A stretch of 64,000 nt of DNA from Mizuhopecten yessoensis (taxonomy: Eukaryota): the NCBI RefSeq assembly GCF_002113885.1, contig NW_018404492.1, forward strand, positions 7,381,173 to 7,445,172, written 5' to 3'. Shown one piece after another: positions 13,101-35,000 of the stretch. The translations under genes and the position numbers were made by a program. The notes beneath the pieces were generated by a model. The model worked only from the letters and a program-made list of their open reading frames with translations, made no database searches and was not told the origin of the DNA. The first letter of the stretch is position 1, and every line of letters starts with the position of its first letter.

Positions 13101-14179
13101 TGACATGACTACTATATACAAATACCTGAACACGAACGGTTAATAAAACATAGTTAGACCATATTTTATTTAAACCGTGTCATGTATAGTACTACCTCAA
13201 TATAACTACCACATTTCATTTTATATCATGTAAATACACCGCAGTACTGCCTCACTAGTATATTTATAGCATCATATACAGTACCCTTGTGAAATGACAC
13301 TATAGTAAATATGATGTGACATTATGTTAAGTCAGTATGATAGTACATATCCTATATAGTTAGTATGAAACATCTCTTACCAGTTAGCACGATGACTTCC
13401 CGAACTTCCCTGCCACACACACCAGGTACAAGCAAATGACAGAGCTACACAAGCACCTTTAAATTTAACTATTCCATCTACACAATAATCTTTACACCGT
13501 GTCACAAAACAGTATGTATTATCAGGATATCACAAAGGGTCTGACAATAGTATCGTTAACATGTTCAACAAGTTATCGCCTTGTATTTGTATAGGAACTG
13601 TACACATAGGGGAACTATATAGAACTACGAATGGGGTAGTGTAAGCCCCAGCTACCCCCCACATCTCACGTAAGACAGAATACTTACCTCACCGGAGTCT
13701 CCAACTCTTGGGCAGAATGATGTGTTGTCGTGTGCTGGGCAACGAATAAAAGCAAAGGACGGGGTTATTATGTAAACACATTGACAGATAAATCGAATCC
13801 TATATTTAAACTGTCACTCCAGAGGGAGACGTTTACAATCAGCTCGTGTAAATTCCTTAAGTCTACATAATGTAACCAGCATAATATCATGGAAGTACCT
13901 AAAGCTTTTAAGAAACTTGATTATAAATCTTATAAAGCGTGAACACAACGATTAAGTAAATGCCACGGGTGCACATGTACATCGGGCTGAGCTCCTGTAC
14001 TATTTGCTCTGCGTACTAAATGTCTTAATACACATGTTATATCAATTTGCAAATACCAATTGAGTAGGCACTATACAAAGCAAAACTTTCTTTTTTTGAA
14101 TCAAATTTCATGTATATATTCCTCCTTTGCATTAAACGTATATTGTAAAAACAAAAAGAAATAAAAAAAAATGCATCTT

Positions 14180-14298
14180 ACATTAAGCATTAACTTAAAA
14201 CTTCACGAATTTCACAGCCTGTAACACTAGGAAGTGTACATGTATTATCGAATGACATAAGACATAGAAACCATAGAAATGTATTTCTTTGTAATATA

Positions 14299-14329
<31 letters not shown>

Positions 14330-14468
14330 CAACCGAATGACATAAGAGATGGAAATTATAGAAAAAAAAGGAAAGAAAAAGTTTCCTTATATTAAGCATT
14401 AACTTGTAATATTCACGAATATCACAGCCTGGAATACTGGAAAATGTATAATCGAATGACACAAGAAG
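14180..14468. repeat. Diverged local duplication (~210-bp spacing) around a poly(A) run
   Basis: ATTAAGCATTAACTT...TTCACGAAT.TCACAGCCTG..A.ACT.G.AA.TGTA...ATCGAATGACA.AAGA at ~14182 and ~14391. Confidence 0.65.
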
Positions 14469-15382
14469 TAGTTTCCCTTTCGTGATTCCATGTATAACCT
14501 TTGCTTCAGTTCAGTGATCCTGTGTGTTGCATATAAATTTTATTTGTTCTAACTTTTTGTATATGTGCTGCTGCCACGTGCACTAAACAGTACTATGCCT
14601 TAAAGGAAAAGTTCATAAAATACAACATATATATATATTATGTCCGAATCGAATATATTATTTGCTAACACCTGCTTGGTATATTTCAAGTCATTTGTTA
14701 ATCAATGAGCTAAAAGCGTCTTATTTTCAATGAATATTTACCTACAGGGTGCCAATAACAATCACCTCACTACCTACATGTACCTATGGTTGGTGATCAT
14801 AGAAAATGCCTTTCCCAAGCAAAAACGTGTACCGTATATATTTTCCTCATCATTACATGTTTCATTAAAATTATTCGGCCATATGATTCGGCTTTTATAA
14901 GGAAACGAGAGAATGAAGCAACAGAGCAGATCAAATAACATTTAGTTGTCCAGGCCCTCAGAAATAAAAATATATTGACTTATCGATACTTTGTCGTTCA
15001 AAGAACTGCCAGGTTATATTTTTATTGATTACTCGTCTCTGTTTCATATACTAACGATTAAAATATTTGTAAAAAACGTAAATAACATAAATGCGAGTAT
15101 TCGTAGGTGTCATGGTTCTATACGATATAAAGTACTTGCATGCAAATAATTTCAGAGTTGCTAAATAATCGATTGCATAGAGTATAAAACTTGTATAAAC
15201 TAAAGTTTTGACGGAAAATGGAAAATAAGAAAAATGTCCAATAAATTTGATTAGAAGTCGTTGTCATCGGTTAACACATAATTATCACTCATCGAATACG
15301 GCATTAGTATTGATGGGTATAGTAATTATATAAGTTCTAGTCGAGGAAGTACCCCATATGCCTGACACTGATCTTGAGACAC

Positions 15383-15525
15383 TAGCCCGAGTTTCCTCTG
15401 GCCCTAACATCAGACTTAGACTATTTGACATATCTAGTTCTTTATTAACTTTAAGTCTTGCGTCTTATGACATACGATGTCTAGTTGTCAAAGTCTGGTG
15501 TTAGCGCCAGAGGAAACTCGGGCTA
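15383..15525. mobile_element. Palindromic MITE with TAGCCCGAG termini
   Basis: ~35-bp TIR TAGCCCGAGTTTCCTCTGGCCCTAACATCAGACTT / AAGTCTGGTGTTAGCGCCAGAGGAAACTCGGGCTA; second copy at 32711. Confidence 0.85.
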
Positions 15526-15532
15526 TTCAGAC

Positions 15533-15667
15533 CACAGGAGCATGAAGTTCTGTCATAAAATCTTAATAACAATAATACAAAAAAATACCCCTAATAGGCT
15601 TAAAATAATAGGTATTTTTTTGTATTACTGTTTTTATTACTTTTTGACAGAACTCCAGGCTCCTGTG
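15533..15667. mobile_element. Palindromic MITE (CACAGGAGC.TGAAGTTCTGTCA...), intact copy
   Basis: Near-perfect fold-back; same family as the split copy at 28770-28841 + 30110-30175. Confidence 0.8.
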
Positions 15668-15799
15668 ATTCAGACACCTGCGGGAGCACCTTGTCCACAT
15701 GAAGGTGTTTAACCATCCCCAGTGTTACTACGGCGCATTGCCGTCCGATTATCGGAGACGACTTTTCACCTTGAAGACAGTGTCGGAAGCATAAATGAC

Positions 15800-16370
15800 A
15801 CGAGGAGAATTTGATGCAGTTCTACTTCATTTTTGAATGCGTTCAACAAAGGTTTACCAGGGACGTTAGTGCAAACTCAACGACCAGTTTGTTACTTCCT
15901 TACTGACTGTCACTGTTACAGATCGAACCTTACATCGTCCATGGCCGTTACCCTTCAGCAGAACCATACACGGAACAAATATCTTCAGGAAGGCAAACTC
16001 CAGCAATACTTACATCTACAATAACCTAAATAGTCTCCTACTAACACCAAGGTAACCTACATTAGTTTGACCGATTATTGAATACGGATCTGTCGTATGG
16101 AACCCATATAAAGCAAACAAACAATGTGGAAAGGGTCTAAGGTAGAGCTCCCGCTATGCGTTGGGACTTTTACACATTCAGAAGCGGTGCGTGGGTAGCT
16201 TTTTTTCTTCAAGAGTGTAGACACTCAAAGCCAAACTACTGTAAAAGATCCTTCAGGGCCTTGCAAAATCATTATCAACTCAGAAAACCATTTCTAGGAG
16301 ACCACATCGACAAGAACTAAAAGAGACCAACAACGATACTTCCTGCCACAGACTAAAGTTCTGGCCCATC
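15800..16370 (+). mobile_element. Decayed CR1-type LINE reverse transcriptase fragment
   Basis: Frameshifted remnants: DAVLL.F..AFNK (cf. D.F.KAFD.V.H) at ~15813-15850 and PIIEYGSVVWNPY...VERV*GRA at ~16070-16150, typical of the CR1 ORF2 C-terminal region. Confidence 0.65.
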
Positions 16371-17045
16371 AGCATTTCTCTTTTTCCATTGGCTGTGATT
16401 GTATGACACCTTTTCCCATCATCAGATAGGCAGAATACAGCCGCAGATGCTTATTCTCACAACATCTGTAATGCATATATGTCACTAATTCAAACGGGGC
16501 CTGTGTTTTCTCCCTTTTACTTCTAACTTTCCAGTGTTTATAACTGATTAAAAACAATCTTGTTTGCTTTGAAGTCATGGATTGACTTATGACAACATCC
16601 CCGAAAAAAAATATTCATACAAGAGCAGTTAGCGGGACAAATTACATGACGTCATGATAAACAACAGCACAAAACATGTTTAATCACACGTACTCACATT
16701 GACAATATAAGCATACATGTCTGCCACAATGATAACTAGCCTAAAGTGTACACATTGGTAATGGTTCATCAGTGTAGATATCAAAGTTACATATTCAATG
16801 TCCTTTTTTTTAACATAGTCATGGTTCACCTCATCATGATCAAACGTGGGATTTACAAATTGAGCAGAATACACAGTAAAATACTACATTGTACAATTAT
16901 CTCACTTTTGATGAATTTCATAACTTTGATCTGAAATAGGAAAGCCACTTCAATGTTACTTCAAAATGTTAAGAAGAGTGTCTTTAAAGTCCTACTGTTT
17001 TTTTAAAGGACTGTCTTTTATCTTCCACTTAAAACTTGTTAAGTA

Positions 17046-20000
17046 AACAAGAGATCCCAGAGGGATCTTGGCGCCCACCTTTGTACCATCTTCATAAGTT
17101 CTTTGTCAGTTCGATCTTTTCCCTTCTTTCCTCTAATCTGTTTGATCGAGTAATAGTAAATGCACCTTGAGGTAACTTTTGATCTTAACTTTATACTGAT
17201 GTGTATGAAAGTCAACCTTCAAAGTGATTTTGTCATTTCACATTTTTACTAGTACAGTACTTAATGTGAAAGAAATAGAATCGATCATTGCAATATGAGA
17301 AAGATCTGTTTAGTTCTTCTTTTATTCCATTTTGTTTTTATGATCAGTCTCAAAATATACCATGCACAACGAGGGATGAAGGGAAACCTTCATTTAAAAT
17401 TTGAGAAAGATCCCTCCCATACTTCCCGAGAAATAGCGATAACAAACTTTCACTATCAAAATACAAGATGGCTGCCTGTCGGCCATGTTGTTTATCCGAC
17501 CAGTCTCAAAAAATGCCCTGCACAGACTAGGACCAAGGGGAGCCTATATATAAAAGTTGAGAAAGAGCGATAACAAATTTTCACTATCAAAATCCAAGAT
17601 GGCTGCCTGTCGGACGTGTTGTTTATCCGATCAGTCTCTAAAATTGCCCTGCACAGCTAGGACCAAGGGGAACCTACATATAAAATTTGAGAAAGATCCC
17701 TATGGTACTTCTTGAGAAATAAAAGATAACAAACTTTCAATATCAAAATCCAAGATGACTGCCTGTCGGCCATGTTGTTTATCCGATCAGTCTCAAAAAA
17801 TGCCCTGCACAGCCTAGGACCAAGGGGAGCCTATATATAAAAGTTGAGAAAGAGCGATAACAAATTTTCACTATCAAAATCCAAGATGGCTGCCCGTCGG
17901 CCATGTTGTTTATCCGATCAGTCTCAAACGTTGCCCTGCACAGCTAAGGACCAAGGGGAACCTACATATATAATTTGAGAATGATCCCTCTGGTACTTCT
18001 TGAGAAATAGCGATAACAAACTTTCACTAACAAAATCCAAGATAGCTGCCTGTCGGCCATGTAACTAATCCGATCAGTCTCAAAAGTTGCCCTGCACAGC
18101 TTAGGGCCAAGGGAAACCTACATATAAAATTTGAGAAAGATCCCTCCCATACTTCCCGAGAAATAGCGATAACAAACTTTCACTATCAAAATCCAAGATG
18201 GCTGCCTGTCGGCCATGTTGTTTATCCGATCAGTCTCAAAAGTTGCCCTGCACAGCTAAGGACCAAGGGGAACCTACATATAAAATTTGAGAAAGATCCC
18301 TCTGGTACTTCTTGAGAAATAGCGATAACAAACTTTCACTATCAAAATCCAAGATGGCTGCCTGTCGGCCATGTTGTTTATCCGATCAGTCTCAAAAGTT
18401 GCCCTGCACAGCTAAGGACCAAGGGGAACCTACATATAAAATTTGAGAAAGATCCCTCTGGTACTTCTTGAGAAATAGCGATAACAAACTTTCACTATCA
18501 AAATCCAAGATGGCTGCCTGTCGGCCATGTTGTTTATCCGATCAGTCTCAAAAGTTGCCCTGCACAGCTAAGGACCAAGGGGAACCTACATATAAAATTT
18601 GAGAAAGATCCCTCTGGTACTTCTTGAGAAATAGCGATAACAAACTTTCACTATCAAAATCCAAGATGGCTGCCTGTCGGCCATGTTGTTTATCCGATCA
18701 GTCTCAAAAGTTGCCCTGCACAGCTAAGGACCAAGGGGAACCTACATATAAAATTTGAGAAAGATCCCTCTGGTACTTCTTGAGAAATAGCGATAACAAA
18801 CTTTCACTATCAAAATCCAAGATGGCTGCCTGTCGGCCATGTTGTTTATCCGATCAGTCTCAAAAGTTGCCCTGCACAGCTAAGGACCAAGGGGAACCTA
18901 CATATAAAATTTGAGAAAGATCCCTCTGGTACTTCTTGAGAAATAGCGATAACAAACTTTCACTATCAAAATCCAAGATGGCTGCCTGTCGGCCATGTTG
19001 TTTATCCGATCAGTCTCAAAAGTTGCCCTGCACAGCTAAGGACCAAGGGGAACCTACATATAAAATTTGAGAAAGATCCCTCTGGTACTTCTTGAGAAAT
19101 AGCGATAACAAACTTTCACTATCAAAATCCAAGATGGCTGCCTGTCGGCCATGTTGTTTATCCGATCAGTCTCAAAAGTTGCCCTGCACAGCTAAGGACC
19201 AAGGGGAACCTACATATAAAATTTGAGAAAGATCCCTCTGGTACTTCTTGAGAAATAGCGATAACAAACTTTCACTATCAAAATCCAAGATGGCTGCCTG
19301 TCGGCCATGTTGTTTATCCGATCAGTCTCAAAAGTTGCCCTGCACAGCTAAGGACCAAGGGGAACCTACATATAAAATTTGAGAAAGATCCCTCTGGTAC
19401 TTCTTGAGAAATAGCGATAACAAACTTTCACTATCAAAATCCAAGATGGCTGCCTGTCGGCCATGTTGTTTATCCGATCAGTCTCAAAAGTTGCCCTGCA
19501 CAGCTAAGGACCAAGGGGAACCTACATATAAAATTTGAGAAAGATCCCTCTGGTACTTCTTGAGAAATAGCGATAACAAACTTTCACTATCAAAATCCAA
19601 GATGGCTGCCTGTCGGCCATGTTGTTTATCCGATCAGTCTCAAAAGTTGCCCTGCACAGCTAAGGACCAAGGGGAACCTACATATAAAATTTGAGAAAGA
19701 TCCCTCTGGTACTTCTTGAGAAATAGCGATAACAAACTTTCACTATCAAAATCCAAGATGGCTGCCTGTCGGCCATGTTGTTTATCCGATCAGTCTCAAA
19801 AGTTGCCCTGCACAGCTAAGGACCAAGGGGAACCTACATATAAAATTTGAGAAAGATCCCTCTGGTACTTCTTGAGAAATAGCGATAACAAACTTTCACT
19901 ATCAAAATCCAAGATGGCTGCCTGTCGGCCATGTTGTTTATCCGATCAGTCTCAAAAGTTGCCCTGCACAGCTAAGGACCAAGGGGAACCTACATATAAA

Positions 20001-21366
20001 ATTTGAGAAAGATCCCTCTGGTACTTCTTGAGAAATAGCGATAACAAACTTTCACTATCAAAATCCAAGATGGCTGCCTGTCGGCCATGTTGTTTATCCG
20101 ATCAGTCTCAAAAGTTGCCCTGCACAGCTAAGGACCAAGGGGAACCTACATATAAAATTTGAGAAAGATCCCTCTGGTACTTCTTGAGAAATAGCGATAA
20201 CAAACTTTCACTATCAAAATCCAAGATGGCTGCCTGTCGGCCATGTTGTTTATCCGATCAGTCTCAAAAGTTGCCCTGCACAGCTAAGGACCAAGGGGAA
20301 CCTACATATAAAATTTGAGAAAGATCCCTCTGGTACTTCTTGAGAAATAGCGATAACAAACTTTCACTATCAAAATCCAAGATGGCTGCCTGTCGGCCAT
20401 GTTGTTTATCCGATCAGTCTCAAAAGTTGCCCTGCACAGCTAAGGACCAAGGGGAACCTACATATAAAATTTGAGAAAGATCCCTCTGGTACTTCTTGAG
20501 AAATAGCGATAACAAACTTTCACTATCAAAATCCAAGATGGCTGCCTGTCGGCCATGTTGTTTATCCGATCAGTCTCAAAAGTTGCCCTGCACAGCTAAG
20601 GACCAAGGGGAACCTACATATAAAATTTGAGAAAGATCCCTCTGGTACTTCTTGAGAAATAGCGATAACAAACTTTCACTATCAAAATCCAAGATGGCTG
20701 CCTGTCGGCCATGTTGTTTATCCGATCAGTCTCAAAAGTTGCCCTGCACAGCTAAGGACCAAGGGGAACCTACATATAAAATTTGAGAAAGATCCCTCTG
20801 GTACTTCTTGAGAAATAGCGATAACAAACTTTCACTATCAAAATCCAAGATGGCTGCCTGTCGGCCATGTTGTTTATCCGATCAGTCTCAAAAGTTGCCC
20901 TGCACAGCTAAGGACCAAGGGGAACCTACATATAAAATTTGAGAAAGATCCCTCTGGTACTTCTTGAGAAATAGCGATAACAAACTTTCACTATCAAAAT
21001 CCAAGATGGCTGCCTGTCGGCCATGTTGTTTATCCGATCAGTCTCAAAAGTTGCCCTGCACAGCTAAGGACCAAGGGGAACCTACATATATAATTTGAGA
21101 AAGATCCCTCTGGTCCTTCTTGAGAAATAGCGATAACAAACTTTCACTATCAAAATCCAAGATGGCTGCCTGTCGGCCATGTTGTTTATCCGATCAGTCC
21201 CAAAGTTGCCCTGCACAGCCTAGGACCAAGGGGAGCCTACATATAAAATTTGAGAAAGATCCCTCTGGTACTTCCTGAGAAATAGCGATAACATGAATTG
21301 TTTAAGGACGGACCACGGACGCAGGGTGATTTGAATAGCCCAACATCAGATGATGGTGGGCTAAAA
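17046..21366 (+). mobile_element. Non-autonomous Helentron/HINE-like element carrying an expanded 156-bp satellite array
   Basis: 5' AACAAGA + hairpin GATCCC-AGA-GGGATC + subterminal GCCCACC. 3' GGAC microsatellite + hairpin GCCCAACATC-AGAT-GATGGTGGGC + TAAAA. No coding capacity. Confidence 0.9.
17385..21292. repeat. 156-bp tandem array, ~25 units
   Basis: Sequence lines recur exactly every 780 bp (5 units; e.g. 18181, 18961, 19741, 20521). The unit contains ATCCAAGATGGCTGCCTGTCGGCCATGTTG. Variants occur only at the array edges. Confidence 0.98.
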
Positions 21367-22846
21367 TTGGCCAAATACTGAAAGTTCATTCTGAGTAGGA
21401 TAATCATTGTACCTTTGATGTTCAATATCATCCAATTTATTTTTGTATGAACAAAAGTTTCATGCACAATTGAAGCATCAGCTTTTGAAAGACAACTTAA
21501 CATAGTTCAGACTGTCCTTATTCTTTATCAAAAGGTAAAACTATGGATTCAATAACAATCTGCACCTGCCAGGTACCTCATAACATGCACACTAATAAAT
21601 ATATATATATATATAGCTAATAACGTAAGAGCATAACGGTAAAACAGATGGCAAAGAACTCTTTCTCAGTGAAACAGTTGCAATGACCAATGGTATTCTT
21701 TCCTATTTAACATTTTGTTATTTGAGTATAAAATGTTATGGTATACAGGTATGCAATTTTGATTAGATCAGATTCAAAATATCAGAAGAATGTGTCATAT
21801 ACTTATATACCATCAGATTTTTCACAATTAAACTTATATGATTGTGAAAGTGCTACATTCCTGAGATATATTTTAATGGAAAAAGATTATTCTGTCCTCC
21901 AAAACACTCGCTGAGTAGTGTGACAACCAGATTACTGGTGGCTAAATTAACCAAGCTCAATTTTTTAATCACATAATAACGTAATCTTCCAATACATGAA
22001 CAATTCCTCTAAAATTTCCATTTTGTTACAAATTTATAATTTCCATTTTGTTACACATTTATAATTTAACACCTAATAGAATATAAGAATTTTGCTGCAA
22101 CTTAAAACCTAAGGGAGGTAATGCATGAGCTAAAAAGAGATATTATTTTACAGGTGTATTGATGTCTTAGTTAACAGTCAAAATGTGTAGTGCATACAGC
22201 AGTTGGGAATCACACCAATAGGAAAACAATTTCTTATCATCAATGATAATTTCCAAAGGCAGTATATTTTTTCAAGAATATTTTTAATGTGAAAAGAATG
22301 TACATCATAATTGTGTTTTACATGATGTATTATTTTGTCTCTCTAAATACCAAACAGCAGATTTAAATGGCATTCTAGACTGACTGAAACTGTGGACTAG
22401 ATAAGAGATTGACGAAACGTTCATACAAGATATCCCATTGCACAGTTATATACATGTACCTTAATTGTATTAGGTACAAGTTGAAACTCAGAGTTCCAAT
22501 TCTTATGAAGAATGCATAGTTCTATTATGATTGACACTTCATGGAAATCTAATCAAAAGTGTATAAATAAAGCATGTCATGTAAAATATTTTATTACAAT
22601 GTATAAAGCCCATGCCTCTAACAAATAATCTTTTTTTCAATTCAAATCATTTTTTGAAGGAAAGATGTAGTATCTTATAAAATTAATAAAATCTCAAAGA
22701 CACAAAATGAATCATGTTCTAAAAACATGCATAACCAATATTTATAGTAAATTTTATTTTCAGAAATTTAAGTTACACAGAACCAACTTTTAGTCTTTTG
22801 GTTCAATTACCATTATGTAAATTATATCCCCTGTAGAACAAAATTA

Positions 22847-23087
22847 TTAGGCAAAACACAAAATATTAGGTGTTTCCGGTAACTCTACCTACCCTTATTT
22901 GTTGTGCCTACCCTGAACTTTGAAGACAATTTTCAAAGAAGCACTGTTAAAGTCAAGATCACTCTCGGGGCAGTCTCCTATATGAACCAAATAAAATCTT
23001 TTTTTTTTAATAAAATCGGTTACCTACCTACCTTCCCAAACTTCAATTATGTTAACAGGAAACACATATATTTTTTGTCTGGCCTTA
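22847..23087. mobile_element. Diverged MITE with (T)AGGC...GGCCTTA terminal inverted repeats
   Basis: TAGGCAAAACACAAAATATTAGGTGTTTCCGGTAAC vs reverse complement of GTTAACAGGAAACACATATATTTTTTGTCTGGCCTTA. Confidence 0.65.
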
Positions 23088-23805
23088 GTACATCTAGTAC
23101 AACAAGTAGTAAAACAAATGTCTACACTGGTTAAGTAGCCTTAACAAAGGAGTCGCACCTCACTTATCCATCATGTTATATATTTGATGATCCCTTCACC
23201 ATTACATTCACATATATGTTTTTGAACATATAAATTGAACTACAGTGGAACCTATAGTTAGTAATGAAACTTTTGTTTGAAAGTTATGAAAACAAACATA
23301 ACTAATGATTTAGTTCACTGGAAAATAATGAGTTGACAGGAAAGGTGCCTCAAGTGACTTCAGCAAGTAAATGTATCTCTTTCATAGTACATATCTCTAT
23401 AAAACAAGTTAGAAAATCTTCAGATGTCCATTTTAACATGTATATATTAACAGATTTAAACAGAAATTCCTCAGGGTCCATTTTGCCCCACTAAAGTAAT
23501 CTCTTACCAAGCTGACAAACACTAAAGCAACTCCACCAACTCCAACTCAACAGGGACTTATTCTATAGAATCGAGGTAAACAAGCGTTTAAATATCTACA
23601 GACTAGGAAACTTACTAAACATGATAAAGTTGGAACATATATTCATTGCAGAGATTAAAGTGCTTTTAGCTCTACAAAATTTGGAAAGCCAACTTTAAAG
23701 CAAGGTCGACTTGGTTCTCCTGTACACGAAATGGAAGGGATACACAAACTGCACTGTCACTAAAAACAATGTACACAACAAATTACCACTAGGAATATTT
23801 TGTTA

Positions 23806-31905
<8,100 letters not shown>

Positions 31906-32072
31906 GTTGTTTGTGTGTCTAATGAACATGCGCAGTGATAATAATTTACCGGAAGTTTAAAACCGAAAACGGAAGTAAACAACATGTTTGGGTTTACCAA
32001 ATCAACGTCACACTTAAATATGGCTTAGGACCAAGAAGTACACGTACATTTGACAGCTTTTTGGGTGCAACC
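31906..32072. promoter_or_regulatory. Bidirectional promoter AK6/PARP16
   Basis: 167 bp between divergent ATGs. ETS/GABP-type CCGGAAGT (~31949) and ACGGAAGT (~31969), NRF1-like CATGCGCA (~31928), YY1-like AACATGGCGGC over the AK6 ATG, and a further ACCGGAAGTG at ~31613. Confidence 0.8.
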
Positions 32073-35000
32073 ATGACATCCAGAACAAGTCTCAGGCAGC
32101 AGATAACAGAAGATCAATTCGCAACTGACATTGTTTTGAGTTTCTTCGTTGCAGCGCTGAAAAGTTACAAATTTGACTCGTTACTGAAACCATTTCCTCC
32201 CCTTTTCAGTAAAGAAGATGGAGAAAAGGATATGAAATCACTGGTACATTCTTTTCAAACTCTAATACTGTTTTTAACTTTTCATGAGAAAATATAAATG
32301 AATTGACATAAATGATTTTTACCGTTATTTAGCCCATCCCTATGGCAGATTTTATAAATACTTCGCTTTCTGCCATCATGACCTTATTAATATTAATATT
32401 ATAATTATTATATTAATATTATTATAATTACTCACTGTTGATTTTTTTTGATTTGGAACTCCCAATAAAATACAAAATAATTTCACAAACGTTTTATTAG
32501 GGTTTCCTGTCATCACAGTCAAATTCCAGAATAGGACTACATGTACAATGTATGGGTTTGAATGGATTTACATGGATCATCCTTGGTACTCGGGGAGTAC
32601 ATTTACTTTCGCTCTCTGCACCCCTGGAATACGTCAGAGCAAAATTAAAAGCATGAGGCTATTTGATTGGTCTCAGGTAAAAAAACCTGAATCAATTGCT
32701 AGGCTGAAACTAGCCCGAGTTTCTTCTGGCCCTAACACCAGACTTCGACATTTTGACATATATAGAGGTCTGGTGTGGGGCCAGAGTGCACTTCTATATT
32801 AAAACGTAGAATTCTCTGACACCGTTTGGTATTTGAAGATTACAGAGGAGCTACGCTCGACTTCAAAGACAGTCAATCTTACTGATAATATCACAAGATA
32901 ATGTGCTTGGTGTTTAAACTTTGCAAATTACTAAAAATTCTAACAGATATGTCAATAAGCACAAAGCAGGCTTTTATAATAGTACAAGTTTGTAATCGAT
33001 GGTTGGTTTGACAAAAATCTCAAATCTTTATAATCCATATCATATATGATTAAGTTTGATAACATTCTGACCTCAACTAATTTTAAAATTGAGCACATCC
33101 TTCCTATGACATATCGGGATACGTATCACAATATACTCATTCTGTATTGCAATATATCGTGATATACTCTTGGCGTATTGTGACACCCCTGATATGTACA
33201 ATGTTGCTGTCAATGACATCGCTTAGTGATGTTATATCATATGTTCTAATAATGATGCAATTTCTTCCATATTAGGAAAAGACAGTGGAAGAAATACCTG
33301 CATTGAGACATCTAGCTGCCAATGGAATTCATACAGGAGAATGTGCTCTTGGACTACTGCAGTGGGTCTTGGATAGAGGTTCATTTTCTATTAAGACTGT
33401 GAAATCCTCCCAGGTAAGCATTGCATCGTTTCTGCGATTACTGATCATTTCAAGTTGGATCATTTTACCAGTGATATTTAATATATTAATCTAAAACAGG
33501 ATGTAATTACATTGTATTTCCTGTGTAATTGTATATGTTAAATATACTTACATTCTATTTTTTTGTTAATGAAATATGATAACGATATACGGTAGAAACA
33601 AAAGACTTCTTTGATGAATCAACTTTGTTTTCATCCACCGGCCCTAATAACAATAATGAGGGGCCTGTCTGCTTTTAATACTCCTCCTTTTTTTTACCCA
33701 CTTCTCAAAATTGTATAATGTCCACTCCCTCGTCCTCCCAATTCCCCAAACGGGTCTGCTCTGATTAACAAAATTAAGCACTACCTGTATATATTTTAAC
33801 CATAATAATTTGTCATGATATCCATCCTTTGTTAATTCATGAATACATAATTACATAATTACATAATTCTTTATTAAAAACCAATACAGAATCACAGTAG
33901 AGTACATGACACTCTAGTATTTACCATTGTGCAATTCAGTGACACAATTATTTGCAGAATTTTAACTTGGGTTAATTTTGTATTGCATCCAGATAGCTAA
34001 TTTCCTTATGTTCAGAGACAAAAATTAACATAATATTTTTTTAATAGAGACAAAATTAAGGGGGGGGGGGGGGCTTATTTTTGAGTGGGGGCTTATTTGA
34101 GGTCAAATACGCTAAACTGGAGCCATCAAGATGAAGGTACATATTATTTAACTGACACTCTATATCAGAGACTTCTGTCTCAAAAAATATGACACTACTT
34201 CCAGCACTGCCAGTGTTATAGAATGGGTAAACAATTTTGGGACACTACATGCCAAACAGGTATATTGTGCTCCTAAACACCAATTTACAGAAGTTATGCT
34301 TTGTTATGTAAATGAACATCCCCGTTAATCATTTTTCAAGCAGTCTTAATTAAGTTTTGGCACGAATTAGGAAAAATATGGTAAGTTGGTTGCGTAAATA
34401 GGATTTCTACAGTATACATTTATAAAGAAAGTCCTGAAAAATTAGCAAGCCATGTATTTCACATGTAACAATGTTTGCAGGATGCTAGTACTAATATTAA
34501 TAGCTGGCTTCCTCGTCTTTGTAGCTCTGACGACGTAATATATATAAAAAAGACTCTCGTCGTCAGAAAGCTACGTTATCGCAGTGCTCTAGCAGGATGC
34601 ATGTATAGTTATGTTCTTTTTTTTATTAATCGACCCCAAAGGAAAGTCAGCTGCATATTATATTTGTCTCATAGGATAAGGTACAGTAACAATAGGCTTA
34701 CAAGAAAGTAGAATTAAATCTTGTCATTTTGCCACCCTTTGTCAGTTTGAAGAGATTAAGAAGCAGACCGGAGATACTTCGCCAGCCACAAACCCAGACT
34801 TTGTGTTTGAAGTGATACGCAGTGAAGCTGATGATGCCAAATTTGAGGAAACTCGTCGCCAGAGAAAAACAATGTTTGCCTACCATGGTAGTCGACTGGA
34901 AAACTTCCACTCTATCCTGCATAATGGACTGGCATCTCATATGAACAAGGTAAAATGGAGGGATATTTTTTCTGGTAATGGTTTAATACTGTACTTGTTC

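Noticed and set aside
17385-21292. CRISPR-like or coding array
   Set aside because: Units are contiguous and identical with no unique spacers, no long ORF is reported, and the context is eukaryotic.
33115-33190. GTATCGCAATA-type repeats ending GACACCCCT (hAT-like end) and the GGGCTTATTT fragment at ~34060-34110
   Set aside because: Probably tiny MITE remnants, but too short and one-ended to delimit.
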